Source of the DNA: Octopus vulgaris
Lineage: Eukaryota
Assembly (NCBI GenBank): GCA_951406725.2
Contig: OX597816.1
Location: 744,001 to 808,000 of the forward strand
Direction of reading: 5' to 3'
DNA: 64,000 nucleotides
Shown: piece after piece, positions 25,858-39,090 of the stretch
Position numbering within the stretch: position 1 is the first letter of the stretch
How the letters are laid out: each line of letters opens with the position of its first letter
Position numbers and translations under genes: made by a program
Notes under the pieces: model-generated
What the model saw: only the letters and a program-made list of their open reading frames with translations
Database searches by the model: none
Told to the model about the DNA's origin: nothing

Positions 25858-26354
25858 CTAGAAAAAGAAAAGGAAGAAAAAAGACTCAAATAAATATTCA
25901 AGGATGGATTGATGTGGCTATGGTTGGACAGGATGTGTTTAGAATAAATAACAAATCAGAAATTTCAAATCATAAACTAAATTCGATGCATGTTTTATGC
26001 TTTCATTTACACAAGCCTGGCTTCAATTTGATTTAAAACCAGTGAAGAATACATTACATTTTTGGTGGAGACAGCTGCTGAGGAACAATAAATAATAATA
26101 ATAATAACAACAACAACAACAATAGTAATCATAATAAATTTTTAAGACTAACATTTCACAATATTTATAATTTTGAAGAATGTTGATGAGTTTTTTCAAG
26201 GATGGTGGGCGAAGCTGAGTTGTCATTATGAAAGGTTGCATTGAGTATGAAACCTTTTTTCAAATCATATTTCTTCTCTATCCATTTCTTTACTTTTGTA
26301 AGATGTTTTCCATATATTAAATATTTAAACCAAAATTATGTTAAATTGTTTTAA

Positions 26355-26992
26355 TCATCATCATCATCATCATCATCATCGTTTAACGTCCGTTTTCCAT
26401 GCTTGCATGGGTTGGACGGTTCAACTGGGGTCTGGGAAGCCCGAAGGCTGTACCAGGCCAGTCAGATCTGGCAGTGTTTCTACAGCTGGATGCCCTTCCT
26501 AACGCCAACCACTCCGTGAGTGTAGTGGGTGCTTTTTATGTGCCACCGACACAGGTGCCAGACGAGGCTGGCGAACGGCCACGCTCGGATGGTGTTTTTT
26601 ACTTGCCACCGGCACTGAGGCCAGGCGAGGCTGGCACGGCCACGATCGGATGGTGTTTGTTACATGCCACCAGCACAGAGGCCAGTTGATACGGTACTGG
26701 CTATGGCCACGTTCGGATGGTTTTCTTATGTGCCACCGGCACTGGTATCACAAAACTACAAATTCCATTGATGTTCATCGATTTTGATTTGATTCTTTGA
26801 TTTTTGATTTTTTGATTTTCACTTGCCTCAACAGTTCTTCACAAGTAGAGTTATGTGTCCCAAGAAGGAAGGTATGCACAGGTGGACTGACTACGTCCCA
26901 GGTAGGGGCCATGGGTTATGGCCTCACTTGTCCTGCCGGGTCTTCTCGCGCACAGCATACTTCCAAAGGTCTCGGTCTCTGGTCATTTCCTC
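26355..26992 (-). mobile_element. 5'-truncated RTE LINE
   Basis: (CAT)n tail, UTR repeats, last ORF codons. Confidence 0.9.
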
Positions 26993-27645
26993 AAATCGCA
27001 TTTAAACATTTAAATTTCATATTATATCAGATTTGGTCATTTTATATAAAATTGCTATTTTTTATACATTTATTATCATATTTGTTTATTGTATCGGGAA
27101 AGCTTTATTTCAAGGAAGACTTGAAATTTTATTAAATATCTGCTGTAATTTATGGAAGAAAATTGGAACTGTGCATCCTATTTTGAATTATGAGGTTGAA
27201 TGGCTTAAGACAAGCAATTCAACAGAAAGTTCTCTATTCTGAACTCTATAGCACTAAGCACCATTTCTATCTATCTAGAATTTTGGGAAAAATAAATAGG
27301 AAGATAAAATTTTTTCTCTAAATTGTTTGAAGTAAGCTTAAGCATTGCTTAAAAATCATAGATATTCATTCAAACATGTGTGTGTGTGTGTGTGTTTGAA
27401 GGAAGGGAAAAGTGAAGACTAGCATGAAATATCGTTGATAGACATATAATTTTGTACAGGTCTGCTGGATCAGAGCTGAGCTATTGCTATGCAACACTGA
27501 CTTCTTTCATAAATCAAATTGTAACACTATTTACGGTATTTATTATTTGTTTCTCCAGAAGTAAATCAAGAAAAACAATTTGTGATTCTTTCTTTTTATT
27601 TGTTAACATCAATGACATTAAAACTTTCCTACTGAAGTCATTAAT

Positions 27646-27647
<2 letters not shown>

Positions 27648-27730
<83 letters not shown>

Positions 27731-27996
27731 AGAGAGAGAGAAAGAAAGATATATACATACATATATACACATTATGTACACATACATATATATGTACATA
27801 CACACATACATATATACATAGATAGATACATACAAATGTACATATATATATATGTATGAATGTATGTATGTATTTATATGTGTATGTGTATACATGTATG
27901 TATGCATGTATGTACATAAAAATACATATACATAGACACATGTTCTGTGCTAAAAAGCCAAATACACACAAACGCACACACACAAACACACACACA

Positions 27997-28058
<62 letters not shown>

Positions 28059-28060
28059 CT
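27648..28060. repeat. Compound (TA)n/(CA)n microsatellite
   Basis: Seen directly. Confidence 0.95.
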
Positions 28061-28264
28061 TCATGAGCACAAGAATCAAATTTTCCCATCCACACAATAA
28101 TGTATCACTTCATTGCATGACATAAAACATTTCACTTGAAATGCAGAAATATCATGCAAATATTGAAATATGGAAAAGTAAATTCATGTCTAGAGCTGTA
28201 ACATACTTTGTGTACAGAAAGAAATAAGTGTGTGCCTATGTGTATGTCTGTCTTGGCCTTTGGG

Positions 28265-28300
<36 letters not shown>

Positions 28301-28367
28301 CATCAGTAAATCATAAATCCCAAAAATAAGCACACTCTAAGTTATGGAGCAGTATATCTACCTTTTG

Positions 28368-28449
<82 letters not shown>

Positions 28450-29178
28450 TAGCATTAAAGACCCGTCGTTGCCGGGTCATAGTGCTAGTGCATGTATATA
28501 TGTGTATATATATGTGCACATATTACATGTACATCTATATATATACATCTACACATAAAATGCAAAATACAAAGTTATATCTTGATATCGCTAGTGATAA
28601 CAATACTCAAAATATATAACAGACTGGAATTGTTAGCCCGTCTCTTGTAATTTCGATCAATTGTATCTTGTCCTCCCTCTTGTATAGAAGTGTGGCTACA
28701 ATCCAGCCTACTTCTACTTCGGGGGGGCATTTAAAATTTTTTTCCGGGACGTCCTACATCCCATATATAAAGGTAAAAATAAAATATTTCCACTTTGCAA
28801 GTTCGAGTTGAGTACTCCCTGGCACGCTCCGTTGACTCGAACCTTGCTTCTATTGTGGCGAATTTACCGCCTCTGATTAGATATCTTTCATAGTCGCACC
28901 AAGACACTTTTCGAAGGTGCTTTCCTCCAAGTTGTTTTATTATTACCCACAAGGGGCGAACACAGATGGGACAATACATTCTGATGATGGGGTCAGACAA
29001 ACGAATGGGTTTTTACAATAAATCGGGTTTAAAAATTTTCATGAATAACAATAAATGGACAAAAATCGAGTGATAGGACAGACCGGAAGACATTACGGGT
29101 GAAGTGGGTGCGGGTTTAGCTCGGACCCCACGAGCCCCGCCTCCCCACTGATACTTTTGGTTGCACTTGGTATTACAT

Positions 29179-32100
29179 TTATGTTGTAACTTTCATTCGC
29201 AACTTCCGTGCTACATCCTTCCATCGTTCTTCATACGCTCTCCTAGTCAGGCATATTCTCTCCAGCCCTATCTTCCTTTTCAGGTGAAAGATGAAATAAT
29301 TCATCAAACCAGGGCCGGAGATGAACTTGCCTGACTGTAAACCTTTCATCTCGTCTTCCATATCACCTCTTTCGCGATTGCTACTACAACGAGAAAACGA
29401 AACTTACCTTCATTCACGAGGAAATCCGGTGGGTCAATTTTTGTAATCGACTCAGTCGACAGCTGTACTCTTCGTGTACCTGACAACAGGTGTTCGGCAT
29501 AAACCCACACCTCAGACACGTCCGGACAATGAACAATCGCGTGCGGGACGGTTTCCCTATCCCGCCCGCATCTTGGACATATCGGACTGTCTTGGCCACC
29601 GTGCCTTGCGAGTTTATCCCGAACAGGTAGAGCTCCTCTGTAGCATTGCCATGCCAGAGACTTCTGGAAGTTGTCCAGTGTCCTTGGCTCGAACGTACGT
29701 CGGAACAGACTGGCCAGCTGATTATCGTCGAGACCTAGGGTTTCCCCCAAGGTATCTTCACATTCCGCCTCTACCAACCCTCTATAGAAGAAAGTGGTGG
29801 AACCCCCACCGCAGGCGTTGCCCGAGCGACGGAATAGCAGGAGAGCCTTGCGACACTCCGTGTACCAAGTACCAAGTTTCGATCTACGACTCAGCCAGGT
29901 TTCCCATCCACCGAAACTAGTGAACTTGGGAAACATCAGTTTTGCTAGCGAAGACCACACCCATTCACCATCCAGGTAGAGCCACAGATGTCTTAACCTC
30001 AGCGCATGTCTGCGCATCATCAGCCAAGGCATCCCTAGCCCACCCTTTAACGGTTGTTGACAGCAAGTAGAGCGTTTCACAAGTGGTTTCCCGCCCTTCC
30101 ACAAGAAGTAGAAGAGCTGTCTTTCCAACTTGATCAACCACGAATCAGGGCAAGGAACGACGGAAAGGCGGTAGGTGATAACCGATGCGATAAACACATT
30201 GGCCACCTCCGCCCTCCCTTTCAGGGATAGCCACCGCCAAGACCAGGTCTTGGCTACTGCAGCCACCTTGCTCGTTACCTCGCCCCAATTCTTCTCTATT
30301 TGGAGGTCTGGACCGAACCAGACCCCTAGCAGTTTAATCGGACCCTCCGTCCAACGTCCCACGACGCTGTCAGGAGGCATCGACTTGCCTCTCCAGGTGC
30401 CGAGTTGCAAGCCGACTGACTTTTCGCGATTAACTTTTGCTCCTGTCACCGTCTCGTACACCTCTATGGCCTTGCCTACTTTACATAGGTGGTCCATTTC
30501 GGTTACGATGATGGTGATGTCATCCGCGTACGCTGACACTGATTTTCCATTACCTGGCTGTCTCGGGATGCCGCTCAGTTTTCGCAGTAATGGCTCAAGA
30601 GCCATCACGTACAAAAGCGGGGAGAGCGGACACCCTTGACGAACCGAGCGTTTGATTTTGAACGGCTTCGACAAGAAGCCGTTCACCCGAACTACCGAGT
30701 CGATGTTATCATAAATTTCGATAATCCACCTGAGGAATCCAAGGCTCAGCCCGAACTGTGCCAGGGCAGATACCAGGTAACGATGGTCGACCCTATCAAA
30801 AGCTTTAGATTGGTCTAAATGGACCAGTGCCCCACCCTTGCCAGAATCACTATTAAACCCCTCTATAGTGTACCGCATTAGATGGAGATTATCCTGAATG
30901 GATCTGCCCGGAACGGCACATGTCTGTGCCCCTCCGATCAGACCATCCGCGACACGCGCCAATCTTTTCGATAACACTTTGGCCAAAATCTTCAACTCTG
31001 TGTTTAGCAGAGTGATGGGCCTGAAATTATCAATGCACTCCCCCTTGCTCGGGTCCTTTCTGACGAGAGTCACTACTCCCCGGCGCACAGATCTGGGTAT
31101 AAGCCCGTTCTGCTGCCAGTTCGCGTAGACCTCCGCCAGTAGGTGCCCGAACAAGTCTGGCATACTCTTATATAACTCATAGGGTAGACCATCCAAACCC
31201 GGCGCCTTGCCCGCGCCGCAGTCCGCCATTGCCTCAACCACCTCCTCAGGCGTGATTGGCCCTTCACAGCCCTCCGCATCTCGCCCCGATAAGCGCGGCA
31301 GACCGTCGAGTAGGTCCGTAAAGGCCCTCCTCCTATGCAGTCCGCCGCACTCACCGAAAAGCTGAGCGAAGTGCTCCTGAAAGGCCTCACACATCTCCTC
31401 GGGTTCGTTTATCAACTCACCTTGTTGGTTCGTCAAAGATTGAATCGTGGCATCGTTACCATGCTGAGCTTCCACCACTCGGGCCCATCTCACGGCGTTG
31501 ATTCCTTCACATCCCATATGACGGATTCTAGCCCTGACAATGCAGCCCATGTGTTTGGCCTCGAGGTGCTGGTTTAACACCAGTCTCTTGGCCGCCACCT
31601 GAGCCGCAGAGCCAGTTTTCATGGCTTCCTCTAATTCCTTAACTAGAGTAGTTTCCCTTCTAGCCTCTCTAGCCACTACTCCTATGCTATATCTAATAGA
31701 CTCAAACTTGATGGCTCGTTTGAGGGCGTACCACCATTTGTTATTAATGATGGTACCAGATAGTGCCCTCTGAATTATATTCCTAATCCGGTCTTTGTAC
31801 TCCTTAATCGCCAAAAGGGACGTATTAAGTTTCCAGTAACCGGATCCTCTATTTTTAACCTTATCTATGTCAAGCTTACAAGTGACCATTTTATGATCAC
31901 TGTAGCTGATCGGGTAAAACTGTGGACACTTAGCTATTTTACTGTCTACTTTTCTAATTAGTATTCTATCTAGATACGACCTGGAAGATCCGTCGCTGTT
32001 TGACCATGTCCACAATGGAGCGTTCGGAAATTCCAGCCTATAAGGATCTGCTAGCTCAAAGCGGCTTAGCAGTTCCATGAAGCCACTGTTGCCTTTTCTA

Positions 32101-32573
32101 TCTGGACACGAGCCAACATAATCTACATCCGCTTTGCAAATTGTGTTAAAGTCTCCTAGCACCACTAATGAATGCGAAGTACCAAGAAAGTTTTCTAGTT
32201 CACGAAAATAATCACTTTGCCCTGTATGGTTGGGTGCGTAAATTGCAACCAGTCTGATAACTTTACCATTACTGAACGTCAAATCCATGACGACCAGCCT
32301 ACCTTCTGGATCTGCAAAAATTAACTTTTTCTCAGAAACCCGGTTTCTTTTTAATAGGACCAACACCCCACTCCCGCCTGTAGGACTGCCAGGAGAGAAA
32401 AAACTCTCGTAGCCGTCAAACAGCGGGAGTAGACCTCTTGGCCCCTCTAGCCGGGTTTCTGTAGCAACAATAACATCTAAATTACGCGACCTGATATCAT
32501 GCAGGAAGCGACCTTGCTTCCAGCCTGCTCCCAGGCCGCGCACATTTAAACAACCAACATAAATGTAATCCAT
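29179..32573 (-). CDS. LINE ORF2: AP endonuclease, reverse transcriptase, C-terminal zinc finger; 1-nt frameshift near 29347
   Basis: 1075-aa ORF with LNVRGL, YAPN, GDFN, YLDRI, SDH; PGLDG, RPITLLN, KAFDRV, RQGCPLSP, YADD; CPRC..HAIVHC; ORF 29179..29361 continues it (..WKTR/MKGLQ..). Confidence 0.95.
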
Positions 32574-32587
32574 TACTTACCTTTATA

Positions 32588-33959
32588 TCAGTGGTTCGGT
32601 TTTTCTTCTTCTTCCTTCTCTTTTTCTGGGCCTCGTGGGGGAGTCTGACGTAGGCCCTCGAATATATGTGGAGATGTTACATCCAACCTAAGTGGGCCTA
32701 CGTCATGGAAGAAATCTGACTTTATCCGCCCGTAATCCTTCCGGTCTATTTTGTAAATTGCAAAGTCATTTTTTTCTCTACTCTCTTCACATTGGCCATG
32801 GCTGCCAACACGTTTCCGAGTCTGCTATTTGATGCTTTTACAGCCATATATGAGTTTATTGACTCTTTTTTCTTTTTTAAAATTACTCTGGGAGGGGTGG
32901 TTTCCGTTTTTCTTTTTTTTTTTCCGATAATTTTTGCCCACCCCTCCTCATTTATCTTTTCTTCGCTCTTTTTTTCCTCCGCCGCTGGTTCTGCTGTTAC
33001 CATCACCTCCACACCTTCAGTCTTCCCATCTGGGCCGTCTGACGCTGCTTCTGATGACACATTGTCTTCTTTTCCTTTTGGCTTAGGTGCTTCCTGCGGT
33101 TTGGGTTGGGGCTGGCATTCCGCCCTTACATGCCCCTTCTTACCGCAGCCGAAGCACCTCGGCTTTCTGCCCTCTACGAAGACTGTGACTCTTTCATCTT
33201 CGCTTATCCTAAGAGTCTCTGGGATCTCTTCCAGGGTTTGTACTTCTGCTTGTATGGCTATTATTATCTTTTGCCCTTTCCAGAATTCTTCTTCTTCTAC
33301 GGTGGCCTGGAGGATGTTTATTTTTTCCTCCAGGCCTACCATAACTGCTGCCACTAGGACTTCGGCATCCGCTTCTGGCGGGATGTTGTTCATAGTGATT
33401 TTGGAAGTTCTCTTGCCTTTATACAGGGGTAGGAGAACAATATCCTCTGCTTTTATGGGTTCCATGGATAGCTTCTTTGCTACCTCCTCTGACGTGAATC
33501 TCACCTCCACTGTGCCGTATTTCTTCCCTCGATTGATATACGTAATTTTGTCCATTATTGGCTTTAAGCAGTTTTCAATCTTTTTCTCTTCTATTTTTTG
33601 GATTGCTCTGTTTGTTATACTGAATGTCTTATAGATTATTCTCCTATTCGAAATATCCTCTTGTATTTTGGCGTTTGAAGCCACGGTTACTTCTGTGCCC
33701 TCTTTTGACACACAGTCTGCATGTTTTCCCAGGTTGTCCACGTTAATTTTTTTAATTTTCTTCCCAGCCACTTCAGCGAATTTTTTTGCTGGAGTTGATG
33801 CTGGTACTGGTTTTACCATTTTCTTGGGCGACGCCGCCTCTTTTTCTTCGGCGACAGCGCCTCTTTTTTTTTTGGCGACAACGCCTCTTTTTTACTTGGC
33901 GACAACGCCGGGTATTCCTCCTCGCTCGTCACGGGCGAATAAGTGATGGGGGACTCCAT
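32588..33959 (-). CDS. LINE ORF1, gag-like with CCHC knuckle; core 32746..33819, probably extended at both ends across 1-nt homopolymer frameshifts
   Basis: CFGCGKKGHVRAEC; adding one A at 33841-45 links ATG 33959 (MESPITYSP..SPKK repeats); adding one A at 32769-75 opens the frame to TGA 32588. Confidence 0.85.
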
Positions 33960-34888
33960 TTTGAACAAATGGCTTTAACAAGCCTTTGTTTATCTAAATT
34001 GATTGTAGTTTTCCCCCACTGAGGGGGAACACCAACGCGAAGTCTTCGCGCGAAGGTTGACTTCGTCCGTTAGACAACAATGGACAAAAAAAAGGTAGAT
34101 CAACAGTATATAATAACAGAGATAAGTAGTATGAGAGCAAAAATATATATCAACTTACTAATAACACAATAAATTGATTTCCTCCATGTTGTTCAAATCT
34201 TCTTTTTTCTCTACATTGTATACTTTAAAGACAATAGTCTTTTCTTTAATTTAATTTTTTATTACCCATCTGGACTATTCCATTTCTACATGCTAATTTT
34301 ATTTTTAATTTATTCCCATTCATGTGAAACCACTTATTCAAGTTCAAATCATTGATGCAATTTTATACCAATTGCTATTTTTACTTGTGTTATGTTACTT
34401 TAGTTTGATTTTAATTATTACTTACTACATATAATTCAATTGTTATTATTATTTTTATTGTTAAAGTGAAAGTGTCTGACATAAAATAGAGAAACGTTTT
34501 TGTTTCACTTTTAACATGTAATACTGAAATAGTGGAGAAGATATGATATTGCTATGGGCTCGCTCTAGGCAAGAAGTTGAGCATTTGTTTTCCCATGACA
34601 CTACATGGACCCTAAGTAAGGCATGTGTAAAATTTGAATGGAATTGGTTGTGTAGTTCTCAAGTTTTAGGGAATCGTAGTGGAGAAGATATGATATTGCT
34701 GTGGGTTTGCCCTAGGCAAAAAGTTAAAAAATATTTTTGCCGATGACACTCCCCGGACCCTAAGTAAGGCATGTGTAAAATTTGAATGAAATTGGTTGTG
34801 TAGTTCTCAAGTTTTAGGGAAACAGACAGACAGACACACATTCTCAGTTTTATATATATAAAGATATATATATAGAATGTACCTACAA

Positions 34889-35185
34889 TCATCATCATCA
34901 TCATCATCATTTAGCGTCCGTTTTCCATGCTAGCATGGGTTGGACGGTTCAACTGGGGTCTGGGGAGCCCGAAGGCTGCACCAGGCCAGTCAGATCTGGC
35001 AGTGTTTCTACAGCTGGATGCCCTTCCTAACGCCAACCACTCCGAGAGTGTAGTGGGTGATTTTATGTGCCACCGACACAGGTGCCAGACGAGGCTGGCG
35101 AACGGCCACGCTCGGATGGTGTTTTTATGTGCCACCGACACAGGTGCCAGACGAGGCTGGCAGACGGCCACGCTCGGATGGTGTT
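34889..35185 (-). mobile_element. RTE 3' fragment
   Basis: (CAT)n tail and two UTR units. Confidence 0.9.
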
Positions 35186-35231
35186 GACTACTGGAAACAG
35201 CTGTAAGCCAAAATTACTCAAATAAAGGAAT

Positions 35232-35262
<31 letters not shown>

Positions 35263-35327
35263 CACATATATACACACACATTTATGAATTTGCTAGATTC
35301 CTGATGTAAAATTGTGTGTTGAAACAG

Positions 35328-35565
35328 ATATTGTTGTACTTTTGGATGGTCATTTTTTTTTCCCCCCAAGTAAACACAAGCACTATATATCCGCTCTACC
35401 CCCCTTTATTACTGTTCTTATTCTAACTCATGTCCTTTGCCTGGAAATCTTTCGTCACCCATCTGCCATCTCCATGTGTGCTCTTGCTCCACTTATTTCA
35501 TTCTGTTCTTCTATGATGTGTATCCTTATATGCGCATGCATTGCGTCCATGTTTGTGCATGTATA

Positions 35566-35598
<33 letters not shown>

Positions 35599-35974
35599 TT
35601 GCATGTGTGTATGAGTGTGTGTTGTTGTTCTTAGTAGCATTATAACCTTCCCTTCAGCCCCACCCCTCCCTTGTTGTCACTGCTGCTGTCCTAGGACCTG
35701 AATTTTGGTACAGTTCCTGTATCCCTCTGTGTTTAAACACAGAGATACTGTACCAAATTTTGGGTCCTAGGACAGCAGCAGCAACAATGAGGGAGGGGGG
35801 GGCACACATGGAGATGGGAAGTGTTGCTGAAGAGGTCACAGATGTTTGACGAAAGATTTCTGGACAATGGACATGAGTTAGAATAAGAACAGTAATAAAC
35901 AAGTGGAGAATGAATGTATACTCCATGTATTTATTTGGCCATAAAAAAATTACCATCCTTAAATACAACAATAT
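35328..35974. repeat. Old long inverted repeat centred at 35734/35735 with a decayed hammerhead core
   Basis: Centre CTCTGTGTTTAAACACAGAG; arms align; CTGAAGA-G-GTCA..TGAC-GAAA at 35827-35854. Confidence 0.7.
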
Positions 35975-35990
35975 ATATAAATATATATAT

Positions 35991-36152
35991 ATACAAATAA
36001 GAAAATGGAGAAACAAATTCATCTCGTTCATCAACTTACGGATATTACAATTTTACATTATTTAATTATACAAATTAATGTATTTGTATAATTAAATAAT
36101 GTAAAATTGTGATGAACGAGATGAATTTGTTTCTCCATTTTCTTATTTGTAT
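35991..36152. repeat. AT-rich inverted repeat, about 70-bp arms
   Basis: ATACAAATAAGAAAATGGAGAAACAAATTCATCTCGTTCATCA mirrored; 6-nt centre; short insert in the left arm. Confidence 0.85.
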
Positions 36153-36323
36153 TATGAATTTACGGTAAAAATATTTTTTACTTTCACCCATTTAAGACCA
36201 TAAATGAATTAATTGCATTGCAATTAAAAGCATTTATGTATTAAGAATTTGGGTACTTCACCAACAGTATATTTGATAATTGATATCCCATAGTGGGTTA
36301 CATTTATAACCCCTATCTTACTT

Positions 36324-36411
<88 letters not shown>

Positions 36412-36412
<1 letters not shown>

Positions 36413-36808
36413 TAGCAGTATCGCCCGGCGTTGCTCGGGTTGTAAGGGAAATAACTATATAAGCATTTTTAGAGAGTTATAGCCAAAAAATAGCAAAAAA
36501 ATGCATTAAAAATTGAAAAAAAAATTAAGGTAAATTTTTTTTTTAAATCGTTGACACATCGTAGATATTTTTAGAGAGTTACTTCCCTTATATAAAAGCG
36601 AAAAAAATGCATTAAAATGGAAAAATATGATGGTAATTTTTTTTTAAATCGTAGACTCATCGTAGACGCGCGCTAATACCCAGAAGGGCTCGATATGAAT
36701 CACGACTATAAGATACCCGGTTTTTGTTAAACCGCACCGCAAAATGTGGGAGTAGTTACGAATCTAAATCGTAGGAGACAGACACACAACTTCACTCTTA
36801 TATAAAGA
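36412..36808 (-). mobile_element. Non-autonomous Helitron, family B
   Basis: 5' TCTTTATATAAGAG; 3' CCCGAGCAACGCCGGG hairpin, 8 nt, CTAG; A/T target; internal duplication. Confidence 0.85.
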
Positions 36809-36809
36809 T

Positions 36810-37134
36810 GCTTTTTTTTTTCAGTCATAGAGTTAGATTTATGAAGGTCTTCAGTAGAAAATCCTTCGAATTCTGACTCGCTGCTTGATATAATGAAATT
36901 CGTATCCATTTTTTGTCAGAATTACAAATTTTGAAAACACAATAGGAACAAATTTCGGAAAAAAATCTCCCATAATTCACGGAATTAAAATTACACTTCG
37001 ATTTTTGTACAAAACTGTAGTTGAAGTGTTTACGAAGTATAATACGTGTTTTCACGAATGTACTAAAGAGATTTGCTCTGATATTCTCATTTAAATATGA
37101 ATAGGTAAATCCGGGCGGTTTGGTAACGAAAGGG
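36810..37134 (-). mobile_element. piggyBac-like left end with start of an acidic transposase N-terminus
   Basis: TTAA|CCCTTTCGTTACC terminus at 37138-37122; MDTNFIISSSESEFEGFSTEDL; interrupted by Helitron B. Confidence 0.6.
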
Positions 37135-38237
37135 TTAAACGGATGCATACATTTATTAATCTCTTATTATAATAACTATATATAAGTGTCGTCTGTTTAT
37201 ACATAAACACTGTTTCATACTGCAATTATATATATACATATATCTATACAGTGTAAAATAAAAACCAATTTACCTTTTCTGTATTGTTATAGCAATTCCA
37301 CCGTCCGTGTGTCTTTGCAAATGTGTTGGAATGATAAGTGAGTTGTGTTTTGGTGCCTTTTTTACTAATAACAAACACACACGTGTTTGTATGTAGTTGT
37401 TTGAAACGTTTGTGTTTGCCACTCTCATATATGTATGTGTATGCGTGTGTGTGAGGAATGACACACACACTCACGCACGCACACATGTACATCAATGCTT
37501 TCGGAGTGATATGTTAAAATATTGAGTTTTCTCGAATTTTGTCTTAATTGGTGGTAAAATTGAAAGAAATTTTTTATGGCATCACCCACTGAAGTACTCT
37601 GAAAAATCATGGGTACACTCTAATTGAAGAAATTGTGTGAGGAGTAAATGGTTATGTATTTATTTGTTTCTGTTTGCTGTGTTTTTTTATTTTTTGAGTA
37701 GTGGTTTAAATACTTTCAGTTTAGTCTTCCTCAAATCACTCTGTCGCTATTTACTTTCATTTTATTCATTGCACACTGTGTGTGTGCGTTTGCGTGTGGT
37801 GTAAACCACATTAAGAAAAGCATTTGACGTACACACCAGAATGTGAGTTTTCTGTAAATTTTGCTTAATTGGAGTTTAAATTTTAAAAACTGGACCTGGC
37901 ATGACCCGATGCATTCTACTCTTAAAAATGCTAGGTAAATTGTAATTGAAGAAATCCTATATTGTAGATTTCTATAAGTTACAAAGGGAGGCAGATAAAA
38001 TCTGCCTTTTATAATAAGAGATATATATATACATGAAAATTCTTGGATCAAAGCTCAAGGAAACCAGAAATCCAAAGAGGACTGTACATTACTTGAATAC
38101 ATCCTTAGAGCACGCACACGCACACACACAGAGAAAGACTGAGGCTTGTATAGTGAGAGATGAAAGTGATGAATAACACACATACATGGATTGAAAATGC
38201 ATGCATATGCAATGAAAGACAGATATACACATGTGGG

Positions 38238-38400
38238 GAGTTTGAGACGTTTGGAGGGGCTGGGCCACTAACAGTGAAGTTCCTGTCATCATTAGCAGCT
38301 CGCCTTACCGAGGTATCAGGTGATGTCTGTGAGGGTGCTTGGCTGTTCCAATGCCTTAGCCTCGCCATCACCCACAGTAATCCTGTGAGCATGTTGGCTT
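38238..38400 (+). mobile_element. CRE-clade LINE C-terminal relic
   Basis: FETFGGAG..FLSSLAARL..SGD..AWLFQCLSLAITHSN, resembling the CRE ETxG..QRLSxAxQRGN end. Confidence 0.6.
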
Positions 38401-38849
38401 ATTTGTATATATATATATATACTTCATGTTGAATTGATGATTTTTCATCCTTTTTCTTTCTTTCTGCAATTATGTTTGCATTTTCTTTCACTTTAGATTT
38501 GTATTTTCAATGTGGCTTTGTTTTATATGTGTATCGTATACATATGTGTTATATTCCTTTGATTATAGATGATCTTACAGGTGTGAGTCGTAACAGATGG
38601 ATTATGAGTCCAATACAGACTCAATTTAAGTTACTAATTGATCTTACAAGGAAATTATCTTTTTCTCGGTATATTTATATAAGATGAAAGGCTGATTGTT
38701 ATTATCATTACAAATTCTATTGCTGTTCTTATAGTTACCACTACCACGACGACCACCACAACCGCCACCACCGCCACTACCACCACCACCACCACTACTA
38801 CTAAAACTACTCAAAAGCTATTACACACTACTTTAGTTAGCATGGATTT

Positions 38850-39090
38850 TGTCTTGAAGCTTGGTAACAAGTCTCCTCAAATCTCAAGAATGTTTCTTAA
38901 AATTCTTACAGAATACAGGATGGCACTTTTCTGCCGATTGGCAATGCATGTCTCAATTCCAATATCCTTCAACCTCTTATTTAGCAGTTTGGGTTTTGTG
39001 CCACAACCTCTTCACCTCTCTAGCAAGGTCCTCATATTTTCAGTCCACTTAAGATTGTTCTCCTTCCCAAAATATGTGGCCTGGTGCCTG
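38850..39090 (-). mobile_element. RLE LINE (R4-like) 3' relic
   Basis: LKDIGIE..QKSAILYSVRILRNILEI. Confidence 0.55.

Larger units (their letters stand above)
28935..34075 (-). mobile_element. Near full-length Tx1/L1-clade non-LTR retrotransposon
   Basis: ORF1 + ORF2 architecture, short 5' UTR, 3' UTR ending GTGGGTAATAATAAAA; exact ends approximate; no TSD found. Confidence 0.9.
28449..34864 (-). mobile_element. Non-autonomous Helitron, family A copy 2, enclosing a Tx1/L1 LINE
   Basis: 5' TCTTTATATATATAAAACTGAGAATG at 34864; 3' hairpin + CTAG at 28449; 5' module 34487-34864 homologous to 5511-5742, with an internal duplication of about 145 bp. Confidence 0.75.

Noticed and set aside
28977-29010. 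CTGATGA within a hairpin in the LINE 3' UTR
   Set aside because: No GAAA, helix III or cleavage triplet in register
32792-33634. 280-aa plus-strand ORF
   Set aside because: Antisense shadow of the A-rich ORF1; Ser/Phe-biased with no motifs
35189-35215. GAAACAGCTGTAAG, hammerhead 3' half
   Set aside because: The 5' core is missing, replaced by RTE sequence; not a complete motif
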